The notes under the pieces are model-generated. The model was not told where the DNA came from. It was given only the letters and a program-made list of their open reading frames with translations, and did no database searches. A stretch of 64,000 bases of DNA from Octopus vulgaris (lineage: Eukaryota): NCBI GenBank assembly GCA_951406725.2, contig OX597830.1, forward strand, positions 49,910,001 to 49,974,000. Reading direction: 5' to 3'. Made by a program: the position numbers and the translations under genes. Below are positions 12,550-22,654 of this stretch, one piece after another (the stretch's first letter is position 1; the number at the start of each line of letters is the position of its first letter).

Positions 12550-12941
12550 TAGTAGTCGGAAGCACTCCGTCGGTTACGACGATGAGGGTTCCGGTTGATC
12601 CGAATCAACGGAACAGCCTGCTCGTGAAATTAACGTGTAAGTGGCTGAGCACTCCACAGACACGTGTACCCTTAACGTAGTTCTCGGGGATATTCAGCGT
12701 GACACAGAGAGTGACAAGGCCGGCCCTTTGAAATACAGGTACAACAGAAACAGGAAGTAAGAGTGAGAGAAAGTTGTGGTGAAAGAGTACAGCAGAGATC
12801 ACCACCATCCCCTGCCGGAGCCTCGTGGAGCTTTAGGTGTTTTCGCTCAATAAACACTCACAACGCCCGGTCTGGGAATCGAAACCGCGATCCTATGACC
12901 GCGAGTCCGCTGCCCTAACCACTGGTTCATTGCGCCTCCAC
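12550..12941 (-). mobile_element. tRNA-derived SINE family C (tail 1)
   Basis: Minus strand reads gtggaggcgcaatgaaccagtggttagggcagcggactcgcggtc...ggtttcgattcc (A and B boxes); head shared with 43239-43549. Confidence 0.85.
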
Positions 12942-13039
12942 TACAATAATCTTTCATTAATTTACCAAAGGACCATATACATCACGGATGCAATACAAAA
13001 AGTATTGTAAGGGAGTGGTGTGTGTGTGTGTGTTTATGC

Positions 13040-13520
13040 GCGTGACCCGACTTTTCATCCAACGTCACTTTGTCCACACTTTGTCCACATCTTTTGGTCG
13101 GACGTCTTTTTTGTCCGATGGGTTTTTTTTTGTCCAATGACTTTTTGTCCAATTTTAAATAAATTCTTTAGAAAACATCAAAATCAAATAATCATTGAGA
13201 ATTTTATTGACAGGATTCAAGTAAAATACTGAGTAAAAATGTATTTAAAAAGAAGTCATTTTAAAAAAAGTAATGAGATATAACTAATGATTTATGATCC
13301 CTTAAAATAGATGCAAATTATATGCCAACACTCTTCAAAAAAATCACTTTTTCTTGTTGACCCATATTCAATGACCAATCTTTTGAGGCGTTTAGTTATT
13401 CTTCGATATCGTGTTCATGAATTTGGCGGATCTCTTCGAAGAATTTGAGCCATTTTTACCTTGAACGAACCCTTCCTCTTTCTTCCGAGTTTTAATTAAT
13501 TTCCAAATGTGGTTGTTAGA
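13040..13520 (-). mobile_element. MULE (Mutator) transposon end with transposase C-terminal relic
   Basis: Minus strand with frameshifts: HIWKLIKTRKKEEGFVQ / MAQILRRDPPNS*TRYRRITKRLKRLVIEYGSTRKSDFF / YNLHLF*. Repeated subterminal ttgtcc(a/g) motifs at 13060-13150. Confidence 0.7.
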
Positions 13521-13811
13521 TTCCTATCTTTTTGTTTAGAATAACTTATCCCCTTCTTCCCACAAGCCCAAGAGACAAGTAAAAAGTGGGTAAGGGTATC
13601 ATCTAATACATCACTTCCTCCGCTGGTTAAGCCACGTAAATATATTATTACCTTTTACCTTTTACTTGTTTTGGTCATTTGGTTGCGACAATGCTGTGGC
13701 AAATCGATTCCAGCACTTACGTTTTAAAAGCTTGGCATTTATTATATCGATCTCTCTGACCGAACTGTTATTGTGCTACGACGTAAACAAACTAGAACCA
13801 GTTGTCATGGG

Positions 13812-13849
<38 letters not shown>

Positions 13850-13865
13850 ACGTATATGCCTAACT

Positions 13866-14190
13866 TGGAATTTCAAAGTTTCCATCATGGCAACCCAACG
13901 CAACAGGGGCAACCCCAGAATTATGGAAGCCCTCCATATAAGCAAATAGAAATAAGGCATTAACAACAGTAAAGAACTACATGAAGCAGACTGGTTGCTA
14001 TAGCGACAAATGTCCACGCATATCATCTGAGCAACAAATTTTCCAAATATTGCTTTTCCAAATGTCGTGAAGAAGGGTGGGGGGGTCTTCACTCCGAAAT
14101 ATAGAAATACAAGATGAAACTGCAAGTTTGTTCTGTATTCTTTTCCTTTTGTAGTTTACTTTGTACCTTCTCGCATTGTTCCGGCTTTAC
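13866..14190 (+). mobile_element. Penelope-like element 3' end: GIY-YIG C-terminus plus pLTR with decayed hammerhead
   Basis: WNFKVSIMATQRNRGNPRIMEALHISK*K*GINNSKE matches the EAL.I....IN end of PLE endonucleases. It is followed by gtgaaga (14067), a gggtg/cactc stem, GAAA (14096), atat and A. Confidence 0.7.
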
Positions 14191-14213
14191 TCAACTACAC
14201 GCACACACACACT

Positions 14214-14239
<26 letters not shown>

Positions 14240-14261
<22 letters not shown>

Positions 14262-15044
14262 AAAGGCAGTTTGTCTGTCTGTGTGTCTGTCAGGTTGTAC
14301 CCTCACCCTGGCCACGGCTTTCAACCGATTCTGATGAAACTTGACACACACATAGCCCAATGTCATAATTCAAAACTAACGCAGCGAAAATTTTGAAAAG
14401 TTCCCCCAGTTCTGAAAAAAAATCGATAAATTCGACATGGGTCGAGAATCTAAGCTTTTTATATGCAACACACTTTCTACAGACTGTCTAGGGGACGCAA
14501 CTCGACCTTTTTAACTCTCGGAACACGTGGGGTAAGTATCCCAAAATGTATAAAAATGTACAAAAACGGCAAAAAAGTGGGCAGCAATGTGAGTGACAAC
14601 AACGAAAAAGTCAAATGTGACCAAATTGAACAAACGAATGGAAAAGGTTTTTTGCTGCACACGACAAAAGCGGTTTATAATAAACAAAGAGTTTGCAAGT
14701 AGCGTCCGAGGACCCTTAGGGTACGCCAAAAATTTAAGGTAAAACGTTTGGGGTGGTAGTTATAAAGAAAGTGTAAACAAAAAAGTATTCGAATAACTTG
14801 CGGCTGCAGCAGCTATTAGCAGAAGTGGCAGTGTTAGGAGTAAAGTCTCGAATGCAATTTCTTACTGGTAGGAATTGGTTAGGTTGAATTATCGATAGCT
14901 GTTTGATAGTTATTTGGGAGTGAAGAGAAGACATTGCAACCTACACATGCGCCTTCGTTCCCTAGAGGGAAAGGACTAGATTGGGATTAGTCGTTGCCTA
15001 CTAGGGGCTCTTACATACCCGGGCAACGCCGGGCTATGCTGCTA

Positions 15045-15045
<1 letters not shown>
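14240..15045 (+). mobile_element. Non-autonomous Helitron with an alternative ~500 bp internal segment
   Basis: 5' ~270 bp matches 48341 onward; 3' hairpin cccgggcaacgccggg, then CTAG|T at 15042-15046. Confidence 0.85.
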
Positions 15046-15078
<33 letters not shown>

Positions 15079-15082
<4 letters not shown>

Positions 15083-16676
15083 TATTAAATTAGAGATAAA
15101 ACCACTATTAGGCAAATCAAACAGTGAAAATCATAAGCCAAAACATAGAAATAAAATTAATTAAAAAATATAAGAAATATAAAATATGAAATATAAAAAT
15201 CCAAATAAAATATTTAAATTAAAGTTTAAATTTTTTTTAATTATTCAAATTAATAAATTAAACTTATAAATTATTATTTTTATTATTATCTTATTTATTT
15301 TATTTATATATTTATTTTTTTTATATTTAAGATCTTTAAATTTTAATATTTTATAAGTCGAATCGTATAATATTATTGTTTTTTATGTAAATATCGTTGT
15401 TTATCTAATTATCGTAATTTTCTATATAATTATTAGATATTAACTTTTATTCGTATAAAGTTTATTCGTAAGAATTTACTTAGCGATAGATATGTTGTTT
15501 GATAGCAAGTATACGAGTTGTTTTAAGTTAGATTCATGTATATGCATGTATTAATAGCATTAATTGTAGTTTTAAATTTCTTATAATTATCATTTTATTT
15601 TAATTTATATATTGTCTTTTTAAATTGTTATTTGCTAGTTTTATTATATCCCCATTGATAAATATATTTATAGTATTTATTTGATACTATATAACTACGA
15701 ATTGATTATTTCTTTAAGTAATTTAAATATAAGATTTTTGAAAGTTATTATTTAGCCAACGAGATATAAAGATAGCTAATTTGCTATAGTATTTGTATTT
15801 TTGAAATTAGCTATTTCATCTTTAAATATGAAAAATTGATTTATTAGGTCTTTATTATATGTGCATATATATTTATTTATAGAGATTATTTTAGATCTTA
15901 ATTATAATATTTATATACATTTATATATTTTCATTGATAATTTATATATTATTTAAATTTCATATTTTAATAATATGAATAGTCATATTTTTGTAAAATA
16001 TTTATGTAATTAGATATTGACTATTACTGATATTAGATTATTATTAATATTTAACATTATAATCGTTGTTTTGACATAATCATAATCGTTAAGTTTCTAG
16101 TTTGACAATAGAGTTTTTTAAAAGAAAATTTATTATAGTATTTATTTCTTAAAAAATATTGTTTAAATATTTCTGATTATTTATTAAAATATTACAATTA
16201 ACCTGAAGATTGACTGTAACCATAATTCGAATTGTTAATTGAATTTAAATTATTATTATTGTTATTCGAATTGGTTACGAGCATGAAACGATCGTAGTGT
16301 TTTTACTTTTTATCTTATATTAAACTTTTAATACTTTTTGATAGTTTAAAATTAAGAATAAATAAATAAATAAATAAAATAATTATATATATATATATAT
16401 TTAAAATTTATAAGTTTAATTTATTAATTTAGATAATTTTAAAAAATTTAAAATTTAATTTAGATATTTTAATTGGATTTTTATATTTTATATTTTAAAT
16501 TTTTTATATTTTTTAATTAATTTTATTTCTATGTATCGGCTTATGATTTTCACTGTTTGATTTGCCTAATAGTGGTTTTATCTCTAATTTAATATGATAT
16601 ATATTTATACTATAAAATTAGATTTAATCCTAAATCTAATTTTTCCCTGTAAGTTTGGATTTACTCCCTAATATTT

Positions 16677-16678
<2 letters not shown>
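15079..16678 (+). mobile_element. Very AT-rich non-coding PLE-like element with ~194 bp inverted arms and an HHR motif
   Basis: Arms 15079-15272 and 16405-16598 (outer ~61 bp identical), plus an ~80 bp 3' extension; (TA)n on both sides; HHR at 16200-16300. Confidence 0.7.
16200..16300 (+). ncRNA. Type I hammerhead motif (extended helix II, weak stem I)
   Basis: CTGAAGA at 16203; helix II gtaacc..aattcgaat/attcgaatt.ggttac; GAAA at 16285; palindrome acgatcgt; GUA triplet. Confidence 0.65.
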
Positions 16679-16716
<38 letters not shown>

Positions 16717-16799
16717 TAATAAATAAAATATATGCATACATACATACATATATGTACGTACCTACATCTACATGTATATATACATGCATATATAAATAT

Positions 16800-17689
16800 A
16801 TATACACGTGAGTACAGGACACCAAAAATAGACGTAGAACTCAACGAGAAACGAAAACGTAAAAACAAGCATGGAACGGACCTTTTTTTAACAACGAAAA
16901 TACAGAGTACAAGACAAACTACACAAGGAAAAATCCTCTTCATCAGCTGTCCCTAGTTGAACTCCAGCGTGTTTCGAAGATGAGGACAGAACACGACTCG
17001 TCGAACTAGCCCTTCCTGCGAAAGAATTAAAATAAAATTACTTCGCGAGGGGTAAAAACAAGGAAAGAAAAAAATGTGACACAAACAAATAAACGATACA
17101 AATAAAATTACAAAATAAAATACAAAATAAAAATACAATTACAAAAAATTACAATACAAGAAATAAAAACAAACAAGAAAACAAACAAAGAGGGCTTTTT
17201 TTGGCCGCCTAGACGAGGAGAGATTCAAAGAGCGCAAGAAAAACCGTGTTTTTACAGTTAGGAGGCCGCAGGCGAAAGGAAGTATTCGGCCGGCTGTGAG
17301 AGAGATGAGGAGGAGTGAAAGAGAGAGAGATAGAGGAAGATAAGCGGCTGTGAGAGAGATGAGGAGGAGTGAGAGAGAGAGAGATAGGGAAAGAAGGGAA
17401 GCTCAAGCAAAGAGTTATAGAGTTTCGCGTCATAATTATATATAAAAACTGTACTTGGAGAAGAATAAAGGGTATGAAAGGTATTGGTGTCAGGAAAACC
17501 CCCTAAATATCGGGTCAACGCTAACTAAGTTTCACGTTCCCGTTCGTCGGACAACTGTCCGACGAACGGGAAAGTGAAACTCTGAGTTTTTGTGATATTT
17601 TTGCTGGTTTTTAATAAAGCATATTGCTCTACCTCTGGTATTCGAGTACTATTTTTCCCCTTGTTTCGCATTATGTGCTTACTCTGGTG

Positions 17690-17690
<1 letters not shown>
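16800..17690 (-). mobile_element. PLE-like pLTR remnant with an inverted terminal segment
   Basis: HHR modules at 16934-16986 and in the 17528-17581 foldback; two ~43 bp direct repeats at 17290 and 17345; microsatellite flanks. Confidence 0.6.
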
Positions 17691-17754
<64 letters not shown>

Positions 17755-17818
17755 GGATGGATGGATGGATGGATGGATGGATGGATGGATGGATGGATGG
17801 ATGGATGGATGGATGGAT
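17689..17818. repeat. (TAGA)n(TGGA)n tetranucleotide microsatellite
   Basis: Visible directly. Confidence 0.95.
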
Positions 17819-18599
17819 ATATATGCACATACGTACATATAAAAGCACATATAAACGACTGGCTTCATTCATTCAGTTTCCTTCTACGTGGCTATATTGG
17901 TTCCTTCTACGTGGTTATGTTGGAAGACATCCTAAATGCCGACGTGAGACTGAAGCCGGAGCCATTTGGTTGAGAAGCAAACATCATACCACACAGCCAC
18001 GCTAGCGCCTTAATAGCAGCGCCCTAGTATGGCTGCAACCCCATAAGTGAAATCAATAAAACTAATTCAAAACTCTAAAGCAATAATCAAATGTTTATTA
18101 AAAAAAAAAAAAATACTCGATTCAGCCACTGTGAAGAACTTCTAGACTGTCCAGAATTTATTGGTCAATTTCATTACCACACTGACAGCCGTCTCCCCAC
18201 CGATGTTGCGTCTCCTCCTTCGACTCATAATTCTTTTGGTGCTGTCTACACTTTACGCTCCATTTGAAAAGATTCCATTTCATGATTTCATCTTCTTAAA
18301 TCCAAAATATTGATTTAATATCTAATATACTTTACAATCTGTATTCTTCGTACTGGTGGCTTACTTTACTTAGTTTTAGTTATATTTAATAACAATTATT
18401 ATTATTCAAATTCCGCCTTCTGAGTTAAACATTCCGCCGAAGTCGAATTTACCTTTCATCCATTCGGAATCGATAAAATGAGTACCAGTTGAACACTGGG
18501 GTCGATGTAATCGACTTATCCCCTCCCCCAAAATTGCTGCCTTTGAGGCAAAATTTGAAACTGTTATTATTATTATGATGATTATTATTATTATTAAAT

Positions 18600-19128
18600 C
18601 GGTGAGCTGGCAGAATCGTTAGCACGCCGGGCGAAATGCTGAGCAGTATTTCGTCTGCCGTTACGTTGTGAGTTCAAATTCCGCTGGGGTCGATGTAATC
18701 GACTTAATCCCTTTGTCTGTCCTTGTTTGTCCGCTCTATGTTTAGCCCCTTGTGGGTAGTAAAGAAATAGAAACAGGTATTTCGTTTGCCGTTACGTTCT
18801 GAGTTCAAGTTCTGTCGAGGTTGACTTTGCCTGTCATCTTTTCGGGGTCAATTAAATAAGTACCAGTTATGCACTGGGGTCGATATAATCGACTTAATCC
18901 GTTTGTCTGTCCTTGTTTGTCCTTTCTGTGTTTAGCCCCTTGTGGATAGTAAAGTAATAGGTATTTCGTCTGACGCTACGTTCTGAGTTCAAATTCCGCC
19001 AAGGTCGACTTTATCTTTCCATCTTTTCCTGCATCGATAAATTAAGTACCAGTTACGCACTGGGGTCGTTGTAATCGACTGTCCTCCTCCCCACGAAATC
19101 TAGGGCTTGTGCCCATAGTAGAAAGAAT
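18600..19128 (+). mobile_element. SINE family A tandem multimer (three bodies)
   Basis: One head, then units restarting at ggtatttcg after aaagaaata-like ends (18776, 18960); the last unit carries tail variant 2. Confidence 0.85.
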
Positions 19129-19603
19129 TCTTATTACTATTACTATTATTATTATTATCATTATATGTTTGACTTTTGCTTTGTATTTATACAAGTTGAC
19201 TCCAAGTCTCACCTAGAGACAACAAATTAGAAGTTCAAGTTGATGTTATGCCTTGTGTGTCACATATTTGGTTTTGCACATAGTATTGTTCTAGAGAATA
19301 TTTAAGAAACACAAGAAAATCATATTTGTGTGCCTGAGGCGTTGAGCTGGCAGAATCATTTGGACGCCAAGCGAAATGTTTAACAGCATTTCGTCCGTCG
19401 CTACGTTCTGTGTTCAAATTCTTCCTTTCATCCTTTTGGAGTTGATGAAAAAGTACCTGTCGACTACTGGCGTCGATGTAACTGACTATCTCCTTCCCCC
19501 AATGATGAGGACAAGTATCCGTCGAATGTAAATAACCTAAGTAATTCCTCATTTCTTAAATATAGAACTGTAAATTCCCATATAACCGTAGTCTACACAA
19601 TTT

Positions 19604-19935
19604 GTTAGTTAGTTAGTTAGTTAGTTAGTTAATTTGACTCAAAAGCAAATAGCAAGGCCATGTAGGGGGACATGGAGTTAAGTACAGGGTGGTGTTCATG
19701 TAAAGAGTTCAGGCCACTTGAGGTCAAGGGAGGCTTTGAACAAAGCGGTCGTCGGCATCTTCACCATCTCGTCTGGCAGCTTGTTCAACGGATCCGCAAC
19801 CCGGACGGAGAAAGCTCCTCTCCTTCGATTGAGATGAAATCGTCGCAGGTAGAGCTTTTCGGAATGACCCCGTAGCCGACGCTCTGGAGCAGGAGTGAAG
19901 AACAGCTCTTTCAAGAGGTTACACTTTCCGCTTAA
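19604..19935 (-). mobile_element. CR1-clade LINE 3' end with (TAAC)n tail
   Basis: RLRGHSEKLYLRRFHLNRRRGAFSVRVADPLNKLPDEMVKMPTTALFKASLD is a typical CR1 ORF2 C-terminus. Confidence 0.85.
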
Positions 19936-20219
19936 AAGTATTTGTAGAAATTTTCACTTAGAAACATTTATTTTTTTAAAAGTTATGAAGAAACAGAGTC
20001 GTGGGTGGGGAGGCACGTTCGTGTAGATATGGCAGACTTACTGCATGGGCAACTGATAGTTTGCAAAGAAAGTCTTGTTCGAGCATACATCCCTAAGTGG
20101 AAAAGAAGCAGCAGATACATAGAAAATGCTAAACTAATGGAATTCTCATGCAAAACTATATTTTTGTTTGTGTGTTCACACACACACACACACACACATA
20201 CACATACACACGTATGAAG

Positions 20220-20830
20220 TAAAAAGTTTGCTTCCCTCCCATATAGTTCCAGGTTCAGTCCCAATATGCAGCACCTTGGGCAAGTATCTTCCATTACAGC
20301 CCTGGGCCGATCAATAACTTGTGGGGGAACTTCGTAGACAGAAACTGAAAGAAGCCCATCACAAATATTTGTGCGTGTGTGTGTGTGTGCATTTGTGTCT
20401 GCACTATACTGTTTGACAGCCAGTGATAATTTACTTAGTCCTCATAACTTAGCAGTTCGGCAAAAGAGACCAATAAAATATGTACATTAAAAGGTAATAC
20501 CTATTTCTTTACTACCCACAAGGGGCTAAACACAGAGAGGACAAATAAGGACAGACAAACGGATTAAGCCGATTATATCGACCCCAGTAACTGGTACTTA
20601 ATTTATCGACCCCGAAAGGATAAAAGGCAAAGTCGACCTCGGCGGAATTTGAACTCACAACGTATCGGCAGACGAAATACCGCTAAGCATTTCGCCCGGC
20701 GTACTAACGATTCTGCCAGCTCGCCGCCTTTAAAAGGTAATACCGGGGTCGATTTATTCAACTAAAAGAAATTCTTCGAGGTGCTGCCCCAGCATGGCTG
20801 CAGTTTAGCATCTGAAACAAATAAAGGATA
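20220..20830 (+). mobile_element. CORE-type SINE family B interrupted by a family A SINE
   Basis: Head and body at 20220-20485; tail at 20745-20830. Confidence 0.8.
20502..20729 (-). mobile_element. Young SINE family A with 15 bp TSD
   Basis: TSD ttaaaaggtaatacc at 20487-20501 and 20730-20744. Confidence 0.92.
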
Positions 20831-20918
20831 AAGGATTCACCTGGTGCCCCAGCATGGCCGCGGCCTTCCGGCTAAAACATTTTTAAGGATTTAAGGATTT
20901 AGAAGTGTTAAATTACAG

Positions 20919-21027
20919 GACTCAGTACAAGTGTAAAGAGCCTTTTAGAGTTATAAGGCATTAAAGTGCAAAGTACTCTTAAATGCCTTATAACTCTGAA
21001 AGGCACTTATTTCCTGTACTTCGAGTC
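20919..21027. ncRNA. Candidate pre-miRNA-like hairpin
   Basis: 22 bp stem ccttttagagttataaggcatt/aatgccttataactctgaaagg (one G-U), 63 nt in all; imperfect lower stem; CNNC (cttc) at 21019. Confidence 0.35.
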
Positions 21028-21579
21028 TCTCATTTCCGATCCTCAGCAGATAATCTAAGCCTGCCTTTCTTTTGAAATATTCATTGTTTGAATATTCTTT
21101 GAAATATGAAATCGAAATCTGAAGAATACACTTACCTTGTGAGCGATACTTACAAACATGGCTCTTTGAAGATCGTGTTTTAATTTCATTTCTACTTCTT
21201 TTGAGAATATTCAAAACTGTCTAAAACTTCATACGAGCGAAATCTTTCTAATGACTTTCCACATGAAATTATGTAACTAATACATCAAAGAAATACTTTT
21301 AGTCAATACTTCTTTTTCTAACAAGGAGTGTGTGCGTGTGCATCTTACGCGCTCTCGTGCTAATGCATATGTATATAGACATGATTATGTATGTATACAT
21401 ATATAGACAGAAGCACAAGTGAACAACCGCCCACACTAAAATATATATTGGTTTCAAATTATGGCACAGGGCCAGTAATTTTGAGGGAGGGTAAGTCCCA
21501 ATACGATAAAAGGCAAAGTGGACATCAGCAGAATTTGAACTCAGATACAAGACAGGTTTCACACACACACACACATACT

Positions 21580-22232
21580 GTTAATAAAGGTAATACCTTT
21601 ATGCGTTCCGTTAATTAAATGAAACAATGCATTATGAATAAACAACGACAGGTAAAAAAAAAAGCGTTTACGTATACTGAGTGTACAACCGGACGAAAAA
21701 AAGATACATGAGGTCCCTAATTCTTCATCAGTTATCAACCAAATTGTGATACTAAGTTTCGCACCATTAAGGATATAGAAAACAGCAAATAGCAAGACAG
21801 AGAATGTTTACGACCGGTCAGCTCCGCAACCGGTGGGAAAAAGGAAAGAATGAAAGGAAATCTGGGCACGGGTCACATGTCAGAAGCATGTAGGGGAGAA
21901 AAAGGGCAAGAGAGAGGGAGAGGGAGAGAGAGGGAGAAAGACAGACAGAAAACGAGGGAAGAAATGAAGGGGGAAAAGGATGTCTTCTAAGCATTACCCA
22001 CCATTCCTGTCTCTTTGGCCCTAACGCTGTATTTTGCTCGTTTCTTATCTATTTCGTCTTTGTTTATTGTCGTAAATTACATTTTGTTTTCTTACTTTCG
22101 TAAAGTCCACTCTGTGTTGTTTTGTTTGCTCTAGTCCCTACCTTCTGCGCGGCTTTCGCGGGCACCGCCAGCATAGGAAATTACCAGTCTTATCATTAAT
22201 AGTGCGAAACTGATGAAGAATTAGGGACCTTC
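21580..22232 (-). mobile_element. PLE-like remnant with an inverted, internally deleted copy of its HHR-like segment
   Basis: Minus 21715-21772 reads gtgcgaaacttagtatcacaatttggttgataactgatgaagaattaggg; plus 22202-22230 reads gtgcgaaactgatgaagaattagggacc, a deletion between aact microhomologies. Confidence 0.55.
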
Positions 22233-22244
22233 TCAACCTCATGA

Positions 22245-22530
22245 CCCCGGGTTTAGTCTCCTTTGATACCTTGGGTGTCTTCTACTATAGCCTCGGGCAA
22301 ACCAAAGATTTGTCAGTGGATTGGTAGACGGAAACTAAAAGAAGTCCATCGTTTGACAACCGATGCTGGTGTGTTTATGTCCCTGTAATTTAGTGGTTCG
22401 GCAAAAGAGACTGATAGAATAAGTACTAGGCTTACAAAGAATTAGTCCTGGGGTCGATTTCTTCAACTATAGCCCTTTATAGTAGAGCCCCAGCATGGCC
22501 ACAGTCAAATGACTGAAACTAGTAAAAGAG
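22245..22530 (+). mobile_element. SINE family B (internally deleted)
   Basis: Matches 7685-8171 without the microsatellite. Confidence 0.8.
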
Positions 22531-22620
22531 TGAACTCCAATCGATTTTCGAATCTTGTTGGTTACTGGGAAAATAGAACTAAAAACATAAATACATCTTT
22601 TATTTTATTTTATTTCACAG

Positions 22621-22654
22621 GATTTACTAAGTGACTCAAGGGCTGAGAGTTTCA
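22621..22654 (+). other. Isolated 34 nt candidate exon
   Basis: Strong T-rich acceptor ttttatttcacag and consensus donor gtaagt; frame 0 reads DLLSDSRAESF. No partner exons established. Confidence 0.3.

Noticed and set aside
12274-12552. Plus-strand hydrophobic 92 aa ORF
   Set aside because: Antisense register of the 27 bp repeat; the minus frame has better splice and composition support.
12870-12941. tRNA gene (also 43239-43310 and other SINE heads)
   Set aside because: A and B boxes are present but continue into SINE bodies, one with a TSD; no complete cloverleaf.
14331-14340. ctgatgaaac as a hammerhead (also 44457, 48432)
   Set aside because: Fixed Helitron internal sequence with no helix II or flanking stems.
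15280-16200. Mitochondrial or other organellar insertion suggested by extreme AT content
   Set aside because: No mitochondrial gene, tRNA or rRNA motif recognised; the inverted arms and HHR fit a mobile element better.
18120-18300. Minus-strand exon-like GC-richer patch (also 38800-38970 and 47070-47240)
   Set aside because: Short frames, ambiguous strand and no motif.
21030-21050. Minus-strand ctgagga-tcg-gaaa
   Set aside because: No helix II, helix III, NUH triplet or stem I.
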